Below, piece after piece: positions 39,598 through 49,612 of a stretch of 64,000 bases of DNA (the stretch's first letter is position 1; each line of letters starts with the position of its first letter). The DNA lies in NCBI GenBank assembly GCA_019057865.1, contig JAHLWP010000004.1:1-64000 (forward strand). Direction: 5' to 3'. The translations under genes were made by a program, and so were the position numbers. Source of the DNA: Promethearchaeota archaeon. Lineage in GTDB: Archaea > Asgardarchaeota > Lokiarchaeia > Sigyniarchaeales > SOKP01. Below the pieces are notes generated by a model. The model saw only the letters and a program-made list of their open reading frames with translations. It was not told where the DNA came from and did no database searches.

Positions 39598-41469
39598 ATT
39601 TACGGTTATATGGGAAAGATCTTAAGAGTTGATTTAACTAACGGAAAGATAAGCGAAGAGTTTCCTGATGAGGAAACATTAAAAATGTACTTAGGAGGTG
39701 CTGCACTTTCAACATGGTATCTTTTAAAAGAAACAGAGAAGGGGGTAGATCCATTAGGACCAGAAAATAAGTTAATATTCATGACTGGACCTTTAACAGG
39801 GACTCCATCTCCAAGTACCGGAAGATATAGTGTAGTTGCTAGATCTCCTCTTACTGGTATCTGGGGACAAGCGAATTCAGCTGGTTTTTGGGGCAGAGAT
39901 CTTAAAAGATCTGGTTTTGACGGAGTTATTTTCGAAGGTATCTCTTCAAAACCTGTTTATCTTGTTACTGAGGATGGGAAGGCAGAACTCAGAGATGCTT
40001 CACATTTATGGGGTAAAAATACATCAGAAACTACAAAATTAATTAGAGAAGAACTAGGTGAGAAATTCAATGTAGCCTGTATAGGCATCGGAGGCGAAAA
40101 CCTAGTTAAATATGCTGCAATAATGAATGATTGTGATGAACCTAATTATGGTAGAGCAGCTGGAAGATGTGGGTTAGGCACTGTAATGGGATCTAAAAAA
40201 GTAAAAGCCATTGCATCTAAGGGAAATGCTAAAATTGAAGTAGCAAATCCAGAAGAATATAAAACCGAGGCTAAACAGAGATATGATTGGGTAAATCAAA
40301 GTATGTTAAAAATGACGCTTGAAGTTTTTGGTACGCCTACTATGATTGATTTAGTAAATGTGAAGGGAGGGTTACCAACACGAAATTGGCAAACTGGTGT
40401 CTTTCCAGCTGCAGATAATATAAATGGAACCGCAATTAATGAAAAGATTCTTATTGGCAGAAAACCCTGTTTTGCATGCCCAATCGCTTGTGGAAGAATT
40501 ACTGAAATTAAGGAAGGAAAATATAAGAGTAAAGGTGAAGGTCCTGAATATGAATCATTAGGCGCTTTGGGGACAATGTGTGATGTTGATAATTTAGAAG
40601 CAATTACTTTAGCACATTTTCTTTGTAATGAGTATGGTCTTGATGTAATTTCTGCAGGAAACACTATTGGTTTTGCAATGGAATGCTTTGAGAAAGGAAT
40701 ATTAACTAAGGAAGATACAGATGGGCTTGAATTCAATTTTGGTGATGCTGATCTCATTGTAGATCTTATTCCAAAAATAGGTAAAAGAGAAGGTATTGGA
40801 GATTTATTAGCTGAAGGAACGAGAAACATGGCTAATAAACTTGGAAAAGATTCTATAAGATTTGCTATGCAAGTTAAAGGTTTGGAACTTCCTGCATATG
40901 ATAGTAGAGCAGCTAAAATAACAGGTTTAGCATACGCAACTGCTAATCGTGGAGGTTGCCATATCACAGGATATATAGAAGGTCCCGCTTTTTTAGCCAT
41001 GCCTTTTATGATTGTTGAAGACGCAATGGTTGGAGATTCACTTAAGGAAAATCCTGAAGATACAAGAGTTGTCAAGGATTTTGAAGATGCCTTTGGTATA
41101 TTTGATGCTATAGGAGGTTGTAAATTTATGGGGATGGTCCTAACTTCACAAGATTGGGCATCTTTAATAGAAAAATTATTGGGATATACATTTACAGCTG
41201 AAGACTTCGCTAAAACAGGTGAAAGGCTTTACAATCTTGCACGAGTCTATTGTGTAAGAGAAGGAATTACCAGGGCTGATGACACACTTCCAGCACGTTT
41301 ATTGGAGGAACCCTTACCAGAAGGCCCTGCCAAAGGACATGTGGTAAACTTAGATCCGTTACTAGATGCATATTATGAATACCGCGGTTGGGACAAAGAG
41401 ACTGGTAGACCAACAAAAAAGAAATTAAAAGAACTTGGATTAGAGTGGACAATTAAAGAAATATATTGA
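39598..41469 (+). CDS. aor: Tungsten aldehyde:ferredoxin oxidoreductase family protein
   Basis: GKILRVDL, SPLTG, AAGRCGLG, CFACPIACG, GPEYES, NRGGCH, YYEYRGWD; probable ATT start at 39598 (first ATG at 39610). Confidence 0.92.
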   Translation: MYGYMGKILRVDLTNGKISEEFPDEETLKMYLGGAALSTWYLLKETEKGVDPLGPENKLIFMTGPLTGTPSPSTGRYSVVARSPLTGIWGQANSAGFWGRDLKRSGFDGVIFEGISSKPVYLVTEDGKAELRDASHLWGKNTSETTKLIREELGEKFNVACIGIGGENLVKYAAIMNDCDEPNYGRAAGRCGLGTVMGSKKVKAIASKGNAKIEVANPEEYKTEAKQRYDWVNQSMLKMTLEVFGTPTMIDLVNVKGGLPTRNWQTGVFPAADNINGTAINEKILIGRKPCFACPIACGRITEIKEGKYKSKGEGPEYESLGALGTMCDVDNLEAITLAHFLCNEYGLDVISAGNTIGFAMECFEKGILTKEDTDGLEFNFGDADLIVDLIPKIGKREGIGDLLAEGTRNMANKLGKDSIRFAMQVKGLELPAYDSRAAKITGLAYATANRGGCHITGYIEGPAFLAMPFMIVEDAMVGDSLKENPEDTRVVKDFEDAFGIFDAIGGCKFMGMVLTSQDWASLIEKLLGYTFTAEDFAKTGERLYNLARVYCVREGITRADDTLPARLLEEPLPEGPAKGHVVNLDPLLDAYYEYRGWDKETGRPTKKKLKELGLEWTIKEIY

Positions 41470-41507
41470 GATTAAAACTATCTCATTATTAAAAAGAGGT
41501 TAGAGCT

Positions 41508-43220
41508 ATGGGTGAGGATAAGAAAATTAGCTATTCAGATAAGCCTTGGTTGAAATCTTATTTTGTCGGACCGTTTAAACTCAAACAAACAATGGAACCC
41601 TATCCCAAAATAAATATTTATCAGTTCCTTGAAGATAGTGCGGCAAATTATCCAGATAATATTGCATGCGTTTATGTAGATGAAGAAATTACATATAAAG
41701 ATTTAAAGCTTAAGGTTGATAAGCTAGCAAGCGCATTTGTAGATCTTGGTTTGAAGAAAGGAGATACGATTGCATCAGTGCTTCCTTCTTGTTTAGAGTT
41801 CATTTTAATAGATTATGCTGCATTAAAAATAGGAGTAATCCATGTACCTTTAAGTATTTTACATAAAACTCCTGATTTATTATATGAACTTAAAGAAAGT
41901 GGAGCTAAAACAGTTATCTGTTCCTACAGGCGGATAGAACGTGTTAGTGAGGTTAAAAATGAAGTTGGCATTAATACAATCATTTATACTCCAACAAAGC
42001 TATTTCCTGATTATAAATTGCCTGATATGGAAGAAATATTCGCAGAAGGGTTTTACCTCTTAGATGACTTAATAGATAAATATGATCCTCTCGAAGAAAC
42101 AGTAGAAGTAAACCCCATGGAAGATATAGCATTATTACCTTTTACAGGAGGTACAACTGGGCTTCCTAAAGGAACTATGTTAACTCATTATAATATCACC
42201 ACTAACGTAATACAATTATTTCATTGGATGATGGATCCTCTAAAACCTGGAATTATTGGGAAAGCTGCCGTAGCAGTGTGTGTTCCTTTATTCCATCAAT
42301 ATGGGCATTATAGTGTACATACAGCTATTTCTTGGGGTCTAAAAATATTATTACTGGATCCAAGAGATCTAGTTAAAATTGCCGAAACGATAAAAAATGT
42401 TCGTCCTTTTATGGTCAATGCAGTTCCCACACATTATTCACTATTACTTCAGATGGACATTCCAAAAGCCCCTATATTCTATGTTTCTGGAGCAGCCGCT
42501 TTACCTCCAGATCTGGCTGAACAATTTGAGGAGAAGTGTGGTGTTCCTATGGCTGAAGGCTGGGGGGCGACAGAAACAACTGCTGTTTCCACCTTTAATC
42601 TTTCACCACTTTCAAAAGTCACCGGATTTATGGCAAAAATAAAAAGAGGTGTTGGGACGCCACTTCCTGATACAGAAGTTAAAGTAGTTGATATTGAAAC
42701 AGGTGAGGAGGTTGCATTTGGTGAGCCTGGTGAACTATGGGTTCGTGGTCCACAGATTATGAAAGGTTATTGGCCGACCCCTGGGAAGGGGTTACAGGAA
42801 GGTGGTTGGCTCCCAATGGGAGATATTGGAAAAATGGATGAGGAAGGATATTTCTACATTGTAGATCGTATTAAAGATATGATCAATGTATCTGGAAATA
42901 AAGTCTACTCAAGAGTGATTGATGATATTTTACATCAACATCCCGCAGTAAGAATTGCAGGAGTAGTAGGAATCCCAGACCCAGAACGTCTTGGTAGTGA
43001 AAGAGTAAAAGCATTTATTTCATTAAAACCCGAATATGAGGGCAAAGTTACCGAACAAGAGATAATTGATTATTTAAAAGATAAAGTTAAGCCATATGCA
43101 ATTCCTAAGTATGTTGAATTTAGACCAAATTTACCATTGACTATGGTCATGAAACTGTTTAAGAAAAAACTTAGAGAAGAAGAAATAGCAAAGATGAAAG
43201 AGAGAGGAGAAATTAAGTAA
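41508..43220 (+). CDS. Long-chain acyl-CoA ligase (AMP-binding)
   Basis: FTGGTTGLPKG, EGWGATE, GELWVRGPQIMKGY, DRIKDMI. Confidence 0.9.
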   Translation: MGEDKKISYSDKPWLKSYFVGPFKLKQTMEPYPKINIYQFLEDSAANYPDNIACVYVDEEITYKDLKLKVDKLASAFVDLGLKKGDTIASVLPSCLEFILIDYAALKIGVIHVPLSILHKTPDLLYELKESGAKTVICSYRRIERVSEVKNEVGINTIIYTPTKLFPDYKLPDMEEIFAEGFYLLDDLIDKYDPLEETVEVNPMEDIALLPFTGGTTGLPKGTMLTHYNITTNVIQLFHWMMDPLKPGIIGKAAVAVCVPLFHQYGHYSVHTAISWGLKILLLDPRDLVKIAETIKNVRPFMVNAVPTHYSLLLQMDIPKAPIFYVSGAAALPPDLAEQFEEKCGVPMAEGWGATETTAVSTFNLSPLSKVTGFMAKIKRGVGTPLPDTEVKVVDIETGEEVAFGEPGELWVRGPQIMKGYWPTPGKGLQEGGWLPMGDIGKMDEEGYFYIVDRIKDMINVSGNKVYSRVIDDILHQHPAVRIAGVVGIPDPERLGSERVKAFISLKPEYEGKVTEQEIIDYLKDKVKPYAIPKYVEFRPNLPLTMVMKLFKKKLREEEIAKMKERGEIK

Positions 43221-43374
43221 TTTAACTCCAAAAGATCAATCTAAAATTTAATTTTTAATAAAAACATTTTTTTACTTTTCTGACAAAAGCTAGATTATTT
43301 ATAAAATTCCATCTAGATTTAAAATATATAAAAAATACAAAATTTTAAAGAAAAAAAAATTTAAGGGATATATT

Positions 43375-43797
43375 ATGAAATTTGGAACTCCAGAATGGGC
43401 AGAAGCTTTTATGAAAGCTGTAAATGATAATACTAATTATAGAGAGGCAGCTGGACCAGAGGGATTTCCTCCTGACGGATGGGAAGGAGATTTCCTCTTT
43501 GTTGTTGAACCTTCGGGTAATTTAGATCATGAAATAAAGATGTTTGTAGGCTTGTATCATGGAGAATGTACAGGATCTAGAGTCCTAAAAGAGGGAGAAG
43601 AAGTAGAGACAGCATATGTTTATGCTGGACCCTATGATGCATGGGTACAAGTTTTAAAAAAAGAACTCGACCCCATCCGTGGGCTGTTAGCTGGCAAATT
43701 TAAGCTGAAAGGTGATATGTCAAAAATTTTGAAAGCTACAAGAGCAGCCTCAGAATTAGTAGTAAGTACTACTATGATTGATACAGAATTTTATTAA
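43375..43797 (+). CDS. SCP2 sterol/lipid-binding domain protein
   Basis: FGTPEW, LYHGEC, LDPIRGLLAGKFKLKGDM. Confidence 0.85.
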   Translation: MKFGTPEWAEAFMKAVNDNTNYREAAGPEGFPPDGWEGDFLFVVEPSGNLDHEIKMFVGLYHGECTGSRVLKEGEEVETAYVYAGPYDAWVQVLKKELDPIRGLLAGKFKLKGDMSKILKATRAASELVVSTTMIDTEFY

Positions 43798-43863
43798 ATT
43801 AAAGAAATCTTTTTTACTTTTTTTTCCTTTTTTATTGTATATCATATAATTGTAATATTTAAG

Positions 43864-44667
43864 ATGCCTAATCACGATCGTAATTTATCTGAATTAACAG
43901 AAAAACTTGTTTACTTTTTTGATTTAGATGGAACAATTTATTTAGGGAATAAATTATTTGAAGGTGTTCTTGAATTAGTTGATATATTAAAAAATAAACA
44001 TAAGAAATTGTATTTTCTTTCAAATAATTCAAGTAGATCTACAATTGATTATCTAAAAAAATTAAATAATTTTGAACTCAATGTGTCTCGTGAAAACTTA
44101 ATTCTATCCCAACACCCAACAATAGATTATTTAAAAAAAAATAATTATAAGAAGATTTTCTTAATGGGAACTCAATCTCTCAAGAAAGAATTTAGACAAG
44201 AGGGATTTGATTTAACTGAAGAAGATCCAGAAATTTTGGTACTTGCTTTTGATCAAGAATTAACTTATGATCGTTTAGTTAAAGCATCATACTTACTTCA
44301 GAAAGAAGATTTTCCTTATATTGCCACCCACTTGGATAATAGATGTCCCACCGAAGTTGGGTATACTCCGGATGCAGGTGGGATAGCCGCTCTTTTATAT
44401 AAAGCAACAGAAAGATCACCTAGAGTTTTCGGAAAACCAAATAAAGAAATGCTATTGTTTAAGTTAGAGCAATTAGGAATATCTCCTAAGAATGCTGTTA
44501 TGTTTGGAGATAGGTTATATACAGATATAATAATGGGAATAAAAGCTGGTGTTACTACTTGTTGTGTTTTATCTGGTGAAATGACAATGGATATGATAAA
44601 TAAAAGTGAACTTAAACCAGATTACATAATTAATGGAATCTGGGAGCTTTTAAATGAATTCAAATAA
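43864..44667 (+). CDS. HAD-IIA (NagD-like) phosphatase
   Basis: FDLDGT, SNNSS, GKP, GDRLYTDI. Confidence 0.9.
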   Translation: MPNHDRNLSELTEKLVYFFDLDGTIYLGNKLFEGVLELVDILKNKHKKLYFLSNNSSRSTIDYLKKLNNFELNVSRENLILSQHPTIDYLKKNNYKKIFLMGTQSLKKEFRQEGFDLTEEDPEILVLAFDQELTYDRLVKASYLLQKEDFPYIATHLDNRCPTEVGYTPDAGGIAALLYKATERSPRVFGKPNKEMLLFKLEQLGISPKNAVMFGDRLYTDIIMGIKAGVTTCCVLSGEMTMDMINKSELKPDYIINGIWELLNEFK

Positions 44668-44830
44668 GTTTTAATCTTATTTTTATCCAATACTTACCGA
44701 AAATTTTAATTCTTAATTGAAACTAAAATAATTAACTAAATAATGATGTTATTTGCGTAAAATATAAAAGTTAATTGCTTTGTTTTAATGATAACTAAAA
44801 CTGATGATTAAAGTATTTTGGTAATCAATC

Positions 44831-47524
44831 ATGATAATCAGCGAAAATAAAAAATATATCTATGATTTTAGTGAAGGAAATAAGGATTTAAAAAATCTAC
44901 TTGGCGGTAAAGGGGCTAACCTCGCAGAAATGACAAAATTAGGCCTAAGTATTCCACCTGGTTTTACAATTACAACAGAAGCTTGCTTACTTTATTTTAA
45001 TAATCCTGAAAAAGTAATGGACGAATTAAGACCCAATGTAATAAAACATTTAAAAACTTTAGAAAAAAATACTGGAAAAAAATTTGGAGATGTCGAAAAT
45101 CCCTTGCTGGTTTCAGTCCGCTCCGGGGCTTTTATTTCCATGCCAGGAATGATGGATACGGTGTTGAATCTTGGACTTAACGATCAAAGTGTACAAGGTT
45201 TGGGTGAACAAACAGATAACGACCGTTTTGCTTATGATTCTTATAGAAGATTTAATCAAATGTTTGGTGATGTTGTCATGGGTATAGGTGATGAGAAGTT
45301 TGAAAGGATTTTGAATAAATATAAAAGATCTATTTCTCGTGATGCTCAAGATACTGATCTAGGCGTAAGTGATCTACAAAAAATAATAGCTGATTATAAA
45401 GCATTATATGAAAAAGAAATTGGTTCACCATTTCCTCACGATCCTCTTACCCAACTTTTCCTTGCCATAGAAGCAGTATTTAAATCATGGAATAATAGAA
45501 GAGCGATAACATACCGAAGAATAAATAATATTCCAGATTTTGGAACAGCAGTTAATATTCAAGCTATGGTATTTGGTAATAAAGGATGGAAATCAGCGAC
45601 AGGCGTTGTCTTTACAAGAGATCCATCAACTGGAGAGAATAAAAAATTTGGTGAGTATTTGACAAATGCGCAGGGTGAGGATGTTGTTGCTGGAATTCGC
45701 ACACCAAAGATGTTAGATGAAATGAAAGAAGAGTTTCCTAAAATATATAAAGAATTAATTGATACAATGGAAAAGCTGGAAAATCATTATAGAGATATGC
45801 AAGATATTGAATTTACAATTGAAGATGGAAAGTTAAACATATTACAAACTCGAAATGGAAAACGAACTCCTTCTGCTGCTGTAAAAATTGCGGTTGATAT
45901 GGTTAAAGAAGGTTTTCTTTCAAAGGAAGAAGCTATTATGAGTGTAGATCCAAAGAAAGTATCAAAATTATTATTTAAAAGCATCGATGAAAATTCAATA
46001 GTACACGTTCTAGCACATGGTATTAACGCATCTCCTGGAGCTGTTTCTGGAATAGCTATTTTTGACCCTGATACAGCTGAAGAATTAGCAAATGAAGGAG
46101 AAAATGAAATAATTCTTGTTCGACCACAAACAAAACCAGATGATGTACATGGTTTATATGCTTCTAGTGGAGTGCTAACCCAATTTGGTGGAAAGACATC
46201 CCATGCCGCCGTGGTTGCTAGAGGGATGGGTAAACCTGCAGTCGTTGGTGCACAAGATGTTGAAATCGATGAAGAAAATAAAGAATTTAGAGTTGGTGAT
46301 ATGGTAGTAAGTGAAGGTGATTGGCTTACCATTGACGGGACATTAGGAAGGGTGATCGAAGGAAAAGTACCTTTAGTAGAACCAGAAATAAAAGGGGAAT
46401 TTTTAGAATTATTAGAGATGTGTAATACCATAAAACGATTGGGTGTCCGTGCAAATGCAGATACTCCTACTGATGCACGAAAAGCTATAGAATTTGGTGC
46501 TGAGGGAATAGGGCTCACAAGAACAGAGCATATGTTTATGGCACAAGATAGATTACCTGTAGTTCAAAGAATGATAATGGCAAGAACAATAGAAGAACGT
46601 CAAGATGCCTTGGATAAAATTTTGCCTATGCAAAAAGGCGACTTCTTAGAGATTTTTAAAATTATGGAAGGAAAGCCGGTAACCATAAGACTTTTGGATC
46701 CGCCTTTACATGAGTTTTTACCTGAATTGTCTACTGTTCTTTTAGAAAGTCAAGAGCTTAGAATGACAAATGCTTTGTCAAAATCTTTATTAAATATCAG
46801 ACCGCTGGATGAAGAAATTACTAAAAAAAATAAGGTTATCAGTCTAATTAGATCTTTATCTGAAGAAAATCCAATGATGGGTTTAAGAGGATGTCGTTTG
46901 GGTATCGTATGGCCAGAAATAAATGAAATGCAAGTAAAAGCGATATTTCAAGCCGCTTGCGAGCTTAAACTACAGGGAACTAATGTAATACCCGAAGTTA
47001 TGATTCCATTAATAGGAATGCTTTCAGAATTACAATATGTTAAATCTCAATTACTCCAAATCGCCGAAGAAACAATTAAAGATTATGGTGTAAATTTAGA
47101 TTATAAATTTGGTACAATGATTGAAATACCACGAGCAGCTTTAACTGCTGATGAAATTGCTATTGAAGCGGAGTTCTTTAGCTTTGGCACCAATGATCTA
47201 ACACAGATGACTTATGGCTTCTCTCGCGATGACGCCGAAGGTAAATTTCTCCCTATATATTTAAATAAAGAAATCTTGGAGAACAATCCCTTTGAAATTC
47301 TCGATCAAGACGGTGTTGGGAAGCTGATGAAAATGGCTCTAGAATTAGGCAAGAAAACGAGACCAGATTTAAAATGTGGTATATGTGGAGAACATGGTGG
47401 TGAGCCAAGCGCGATTAAATTTGCTCATTCTATTGGACTTGATTATGTTTCATGTTCGCCATTTAGAATTCCAGTTGCTATAATTGCCGCTGCTCAAGCA
47501 ACTATAGAGCAAAAGAAGAAGTAG
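44831..47524 (+). CDS. ppdK: Pyruvate, phosphate dikinase
   Basis: LGGKGANL, SVRSGA, SMPGMMDT, GGKTSHAAVVAR, RTEHMF, FSFGTNDL, CGEHGG. Confidence 0.97.
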   Translation: MIISENKKYIYDFSEGNKDLKNLLGGKGANLAEMTKLGLSIPPGFTITTEACLLYFNNPEKVMDELRPNVIKHLKTLEKNTGKKFGDVENPLLVSVRSGAFISMPGMMDTVLNLGLNDQSVQGLGEQTDNDRFAYDSYRRFNQMFGDVVMGIGDEKFERILNKYKRSISRDAQDTDLGVSDLQKIIADYKALYEKEIGSPFPHDPLTQLFLAIEAVFKSWNNRRAITYRRINNIPDFGTAVNIQAMVFGNKGWKSATGVVFTRDPSTGENKKFGEYLTNAQGEDVVAGIRTPKMLDEMKEEFPKIYKELIDTMEKLENHYRDMQDIEFTIEDGKLNILQTRNGKRTPSAAVKIAVDMVKEGFLSKEEAIMSVDPKKVSKLLFKSIDENSIVHVLAHGINASPGAVSGIAIFDPDTAEELANEGENEIILVRPQTKPDDVHGLYASSGVLTQFGGKTSHAAVVARGMGKPAVVGAQDVEIDEENKEFRVGDMVVSEGDWLTIDGTLGRVIEGKVPLVEPEIKGEFLELLEMCNTIKRLGVRANADTPTDARKAIEFGAEGIGLTRTEHMFMAQDRLPVVQRMIMARTIEERQDALDKILPMQKGDFLEIFKIMEGKPVTIRLLDPPLHEFLPELSTVLLESQELRMTNALSKSLLNIRPLDEEITKKNKVISLIRSLSEENPMMGLRGCRLGIVWPEINEMQVKAIFQAACELKLQGTNVIPEVMIPLIGMLSELQYVKSQLLQIAEETIKDYGVNLDYKFGTMIEIPRAALTADEIAIEAEFFSFGTNDLTQMTYGFSRDDAEGKFLPIYLNKEILENNPFEILDQDGVGKLMKMALELGKKTRPDLKCGICGEHGGEPSAIKFAHSIGLDYVSCSPFRIPVAIIAAAQATIEQKKK

Positions 47525-47658
47525 TTTATTTTATAACTTTAAATAAAATTTTTTAAGTTTAATTTTTAATTTGTAAGAATCTCTAACTATATTAATATTA
47601 CTCTAAATAAATCAATTCATCAATAAAATAATTAAACCTTGAAAATTTATGTTTAACA

Positions 47659-48795
47659 ATGGATGTTAAAGAAAAATTTGATTTAATAATAAAAGGTACA
47701 GAAGAAGTCCTTACTGAGGATGATTTAAAACTTTACCTTGAAACTGAAGTTCCTTTAAATCATTACATCGGCTTTGAGATTTCAGGTAAAATTCATTTAG
47801 GAACAGGGCTTATTTGTATGTCAAAAATTAAGGATTTCTTGGATGCTGGAGTAAAATGTTCAATATTTTTGGCTGATTGGCATAGTTGGATAAATGATAA
47901 ATTAGGGGGAGATATGGACAAAATCCAAAAAATTGGTGTTGGGTATTTTAAAGAAGGGCTTAAAGCGTGTCTTAGTTGTGTAGGGGCAGATCCTGAGAAA
48001 GTTAAATTTTCACTTGGTACAGACCTTTACCATAACAATGATAATTATTGGGAAACGCTTATAGACGTTTGCAAAAGTACTACTTTAAACAGAATGCAAA
48101 GAAGTATAACAATTATGGGACGTAAAATGGGAGAAAATGTGGATTTTGCTAAATTATTATATCCGGCAATGCAGGTTTCCGATATTTTTACCCAAAATGT
48201 TAATTTTGCCCATGCGGGGTATGATCAAAGAAAAGCTCATGTAATTGCTAGAGATGTTGCATTAAAAATGAAGAAAAATAACCTAAAAAATACATCTGGA
48301 GAAACAATTAAACCAATTTGCATTCACCATCATCTAATCTTAGGATTAGCAAAACCGTCTATTTGGCCTATTAGTGATGAATCACAACTTCAAGAAATGT
48401 GGTCTGAAATGAAGATGAGCAAATCAATACCTAATTCAGCAGTGTTTATTAATGATACACCTGATGAGATAAAAAATAAAGTCAAGTCAGCATTTTGCCC
48501 TGAAGGAAATGTCTCTTTCAATCCAATTCTAGACTGGGTTAAATTTCTTATCTTTAAAGACAAAAAATCAACTCTTTTAATAGAAAGAACTCCAAAGTTC
48601 GGTGGTGACATTGAATATAATTCTTATAAAGATGTGGAACAAGCTTTCTTAAAAAAAGAATTACATCCACTTGACCTAAAGATGGGTGTAGCAAACGAGA
48701 TTATTAATGTTTTAGAACCTGTTCGAAATCATTTTGAACAACCTAGAATGAAAAAAATGAAGAAAGAATTAGAAGAATTAATAATAACTCGTTAG
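47659..48795 (+). CDS. tyrS: Tyrosine--tRNA ligase (archaeal type)
   Basis: YIGFEISGKIHLG, ADWH, YPAMQ, GYDQRK, KMSKS, LHPLDLK. Confidence 0.95.
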   Translation: MDVKEKFDLIIKGTEEVLTEDDLKLYLETEVPLNHYIGFEISGKIHLGTGLICMSKIKDFLDAGVKCSIFLADWHSWINDKLGGDMDKIQKIGVGYFKEGLKACLSCVGADPEKVKFSLGTDLYHNNDNYWETLIDVCKSTTLNRMQRSITIMGRKMGENVDFAKLLYPAMQVSDIFTQNVNFAHAGYDQRKAHVIARDVALKMKKNNLKNTSGETIKPICIHHHLILGLAKPSIWPISDESQLQEMWSEMKMSKSIPNSAVFINDTPDEIKNKVKSAFCPEGNVSFNPILDWVKFLIFKDKKSTLLIERTPKFGGDIEYNSYKDVEQAFLKKELHPLDLKMGVANEIINVLEPVRNHFEQPRMKKMKKELEELIITR

Positions 48796-48877
48796 TTTTA
48801 TTATAGATATATCTTTACCTCTAATGAAATTTAATAATTCATTTAACATGATAAAATTACAAAAAATTAATACTATT

Positions 48878-49504
48878 ATGGTAAAATTATTATTTATTGG
48901 AGATTCTCACATCCCACGTAGAGCTAAAAGGATCCCAGATAAAATAATTGAAAACCTAAATCAATTAACTGAAACGGAATTATTTGAACACACTTTTTTT
49001 ACAGGAGATTTAATAAAGGCTCCAAAATTTTTAAATTTTCTAAATTTGAAAACAAAAAGGAACTTATTCGTAGTTATTGGTAATATGGATTATTTTGGAG
49101 GAAATCGAGATGATCCAATGTATCAAAAACTAGATTTTACATTTTCAGATAAAGAAGTGATTACTATTGGATTAACTCATGGTCATCAAATATCTCCGAG
49201 AGGTGATCATATGCAATTAGAATTACTAGCTATTGAAAAAAATTACAATATTTTGATATCTGGTCATACTCATAAAGAAGAAGTATTCCTTACAAATAAA
49301 GGAATTCTGTTATTAAATCCTGGAAGTGTTACTGGTGCTTGGTCATTTAAAGCCAGCAATAATCCCTCTTTTATAACTCTAAATTTAAATGAAAAAGCAC
49401 GAGAAATTGATGTCAATTTATTTCAATTAGATAATAAATCTTCCAAACTAAACAATTTACATTCTCATTTTATTTTTGAAGATAATCGGATTAAGTATAA
49501 ATAA
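48878..49504 (+). CDS. Vps29/YfcE-family metallophosphoesterase
   Basis: IGDSHIP, TGD, GNMD, HGHQISPRGD, ILISGHTH, NPGSVTGAW; likely ATG at 48878. Confidence 0.85.
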   Translation: MVKLLFIGDSHIPRRAKRIPDKIIENLNQLTETELFEHTFFTGDLIKAPKFLNFLNLKTKRNLFVVIGNMDYFGGNRDDPMYQKLDFTFSDKEVITIGLTHGHQISPRGDHMQLELLAIEKNYNILISGHTHKEEVFLTNKGILLLNPGSVTGAWSFKASNNPSFITLNLNEKAREIDVNLFQLDNKSSKLNNLHSHFIFEDNRIKYK

Positions 49505-49612
49505 TTAGATTAATTAAATTTAATAAAATTCTATGTATTAATACTAAAATTCTATAATTTTGAAATAGAAATAATATTAAAACAATAAAAAAATTAAAGG
49601 TGAAAATTGTAA

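Noticed and set aside
40296-41075. Long antisense ORF inside aor (similar ones at 45787-46518, 51540-52040 and 12831-13193)
   Set aside because: Shadow frames of well-conserved genes with no recognisable motifs
47525-47658. Tyr-rich leader upstream of tyrS
   Set aside because: The TAT/TAC codons are split by an in-frame TAA, and there is no start codon or GC hairpin; the leader pattern does not extend to this synthetase
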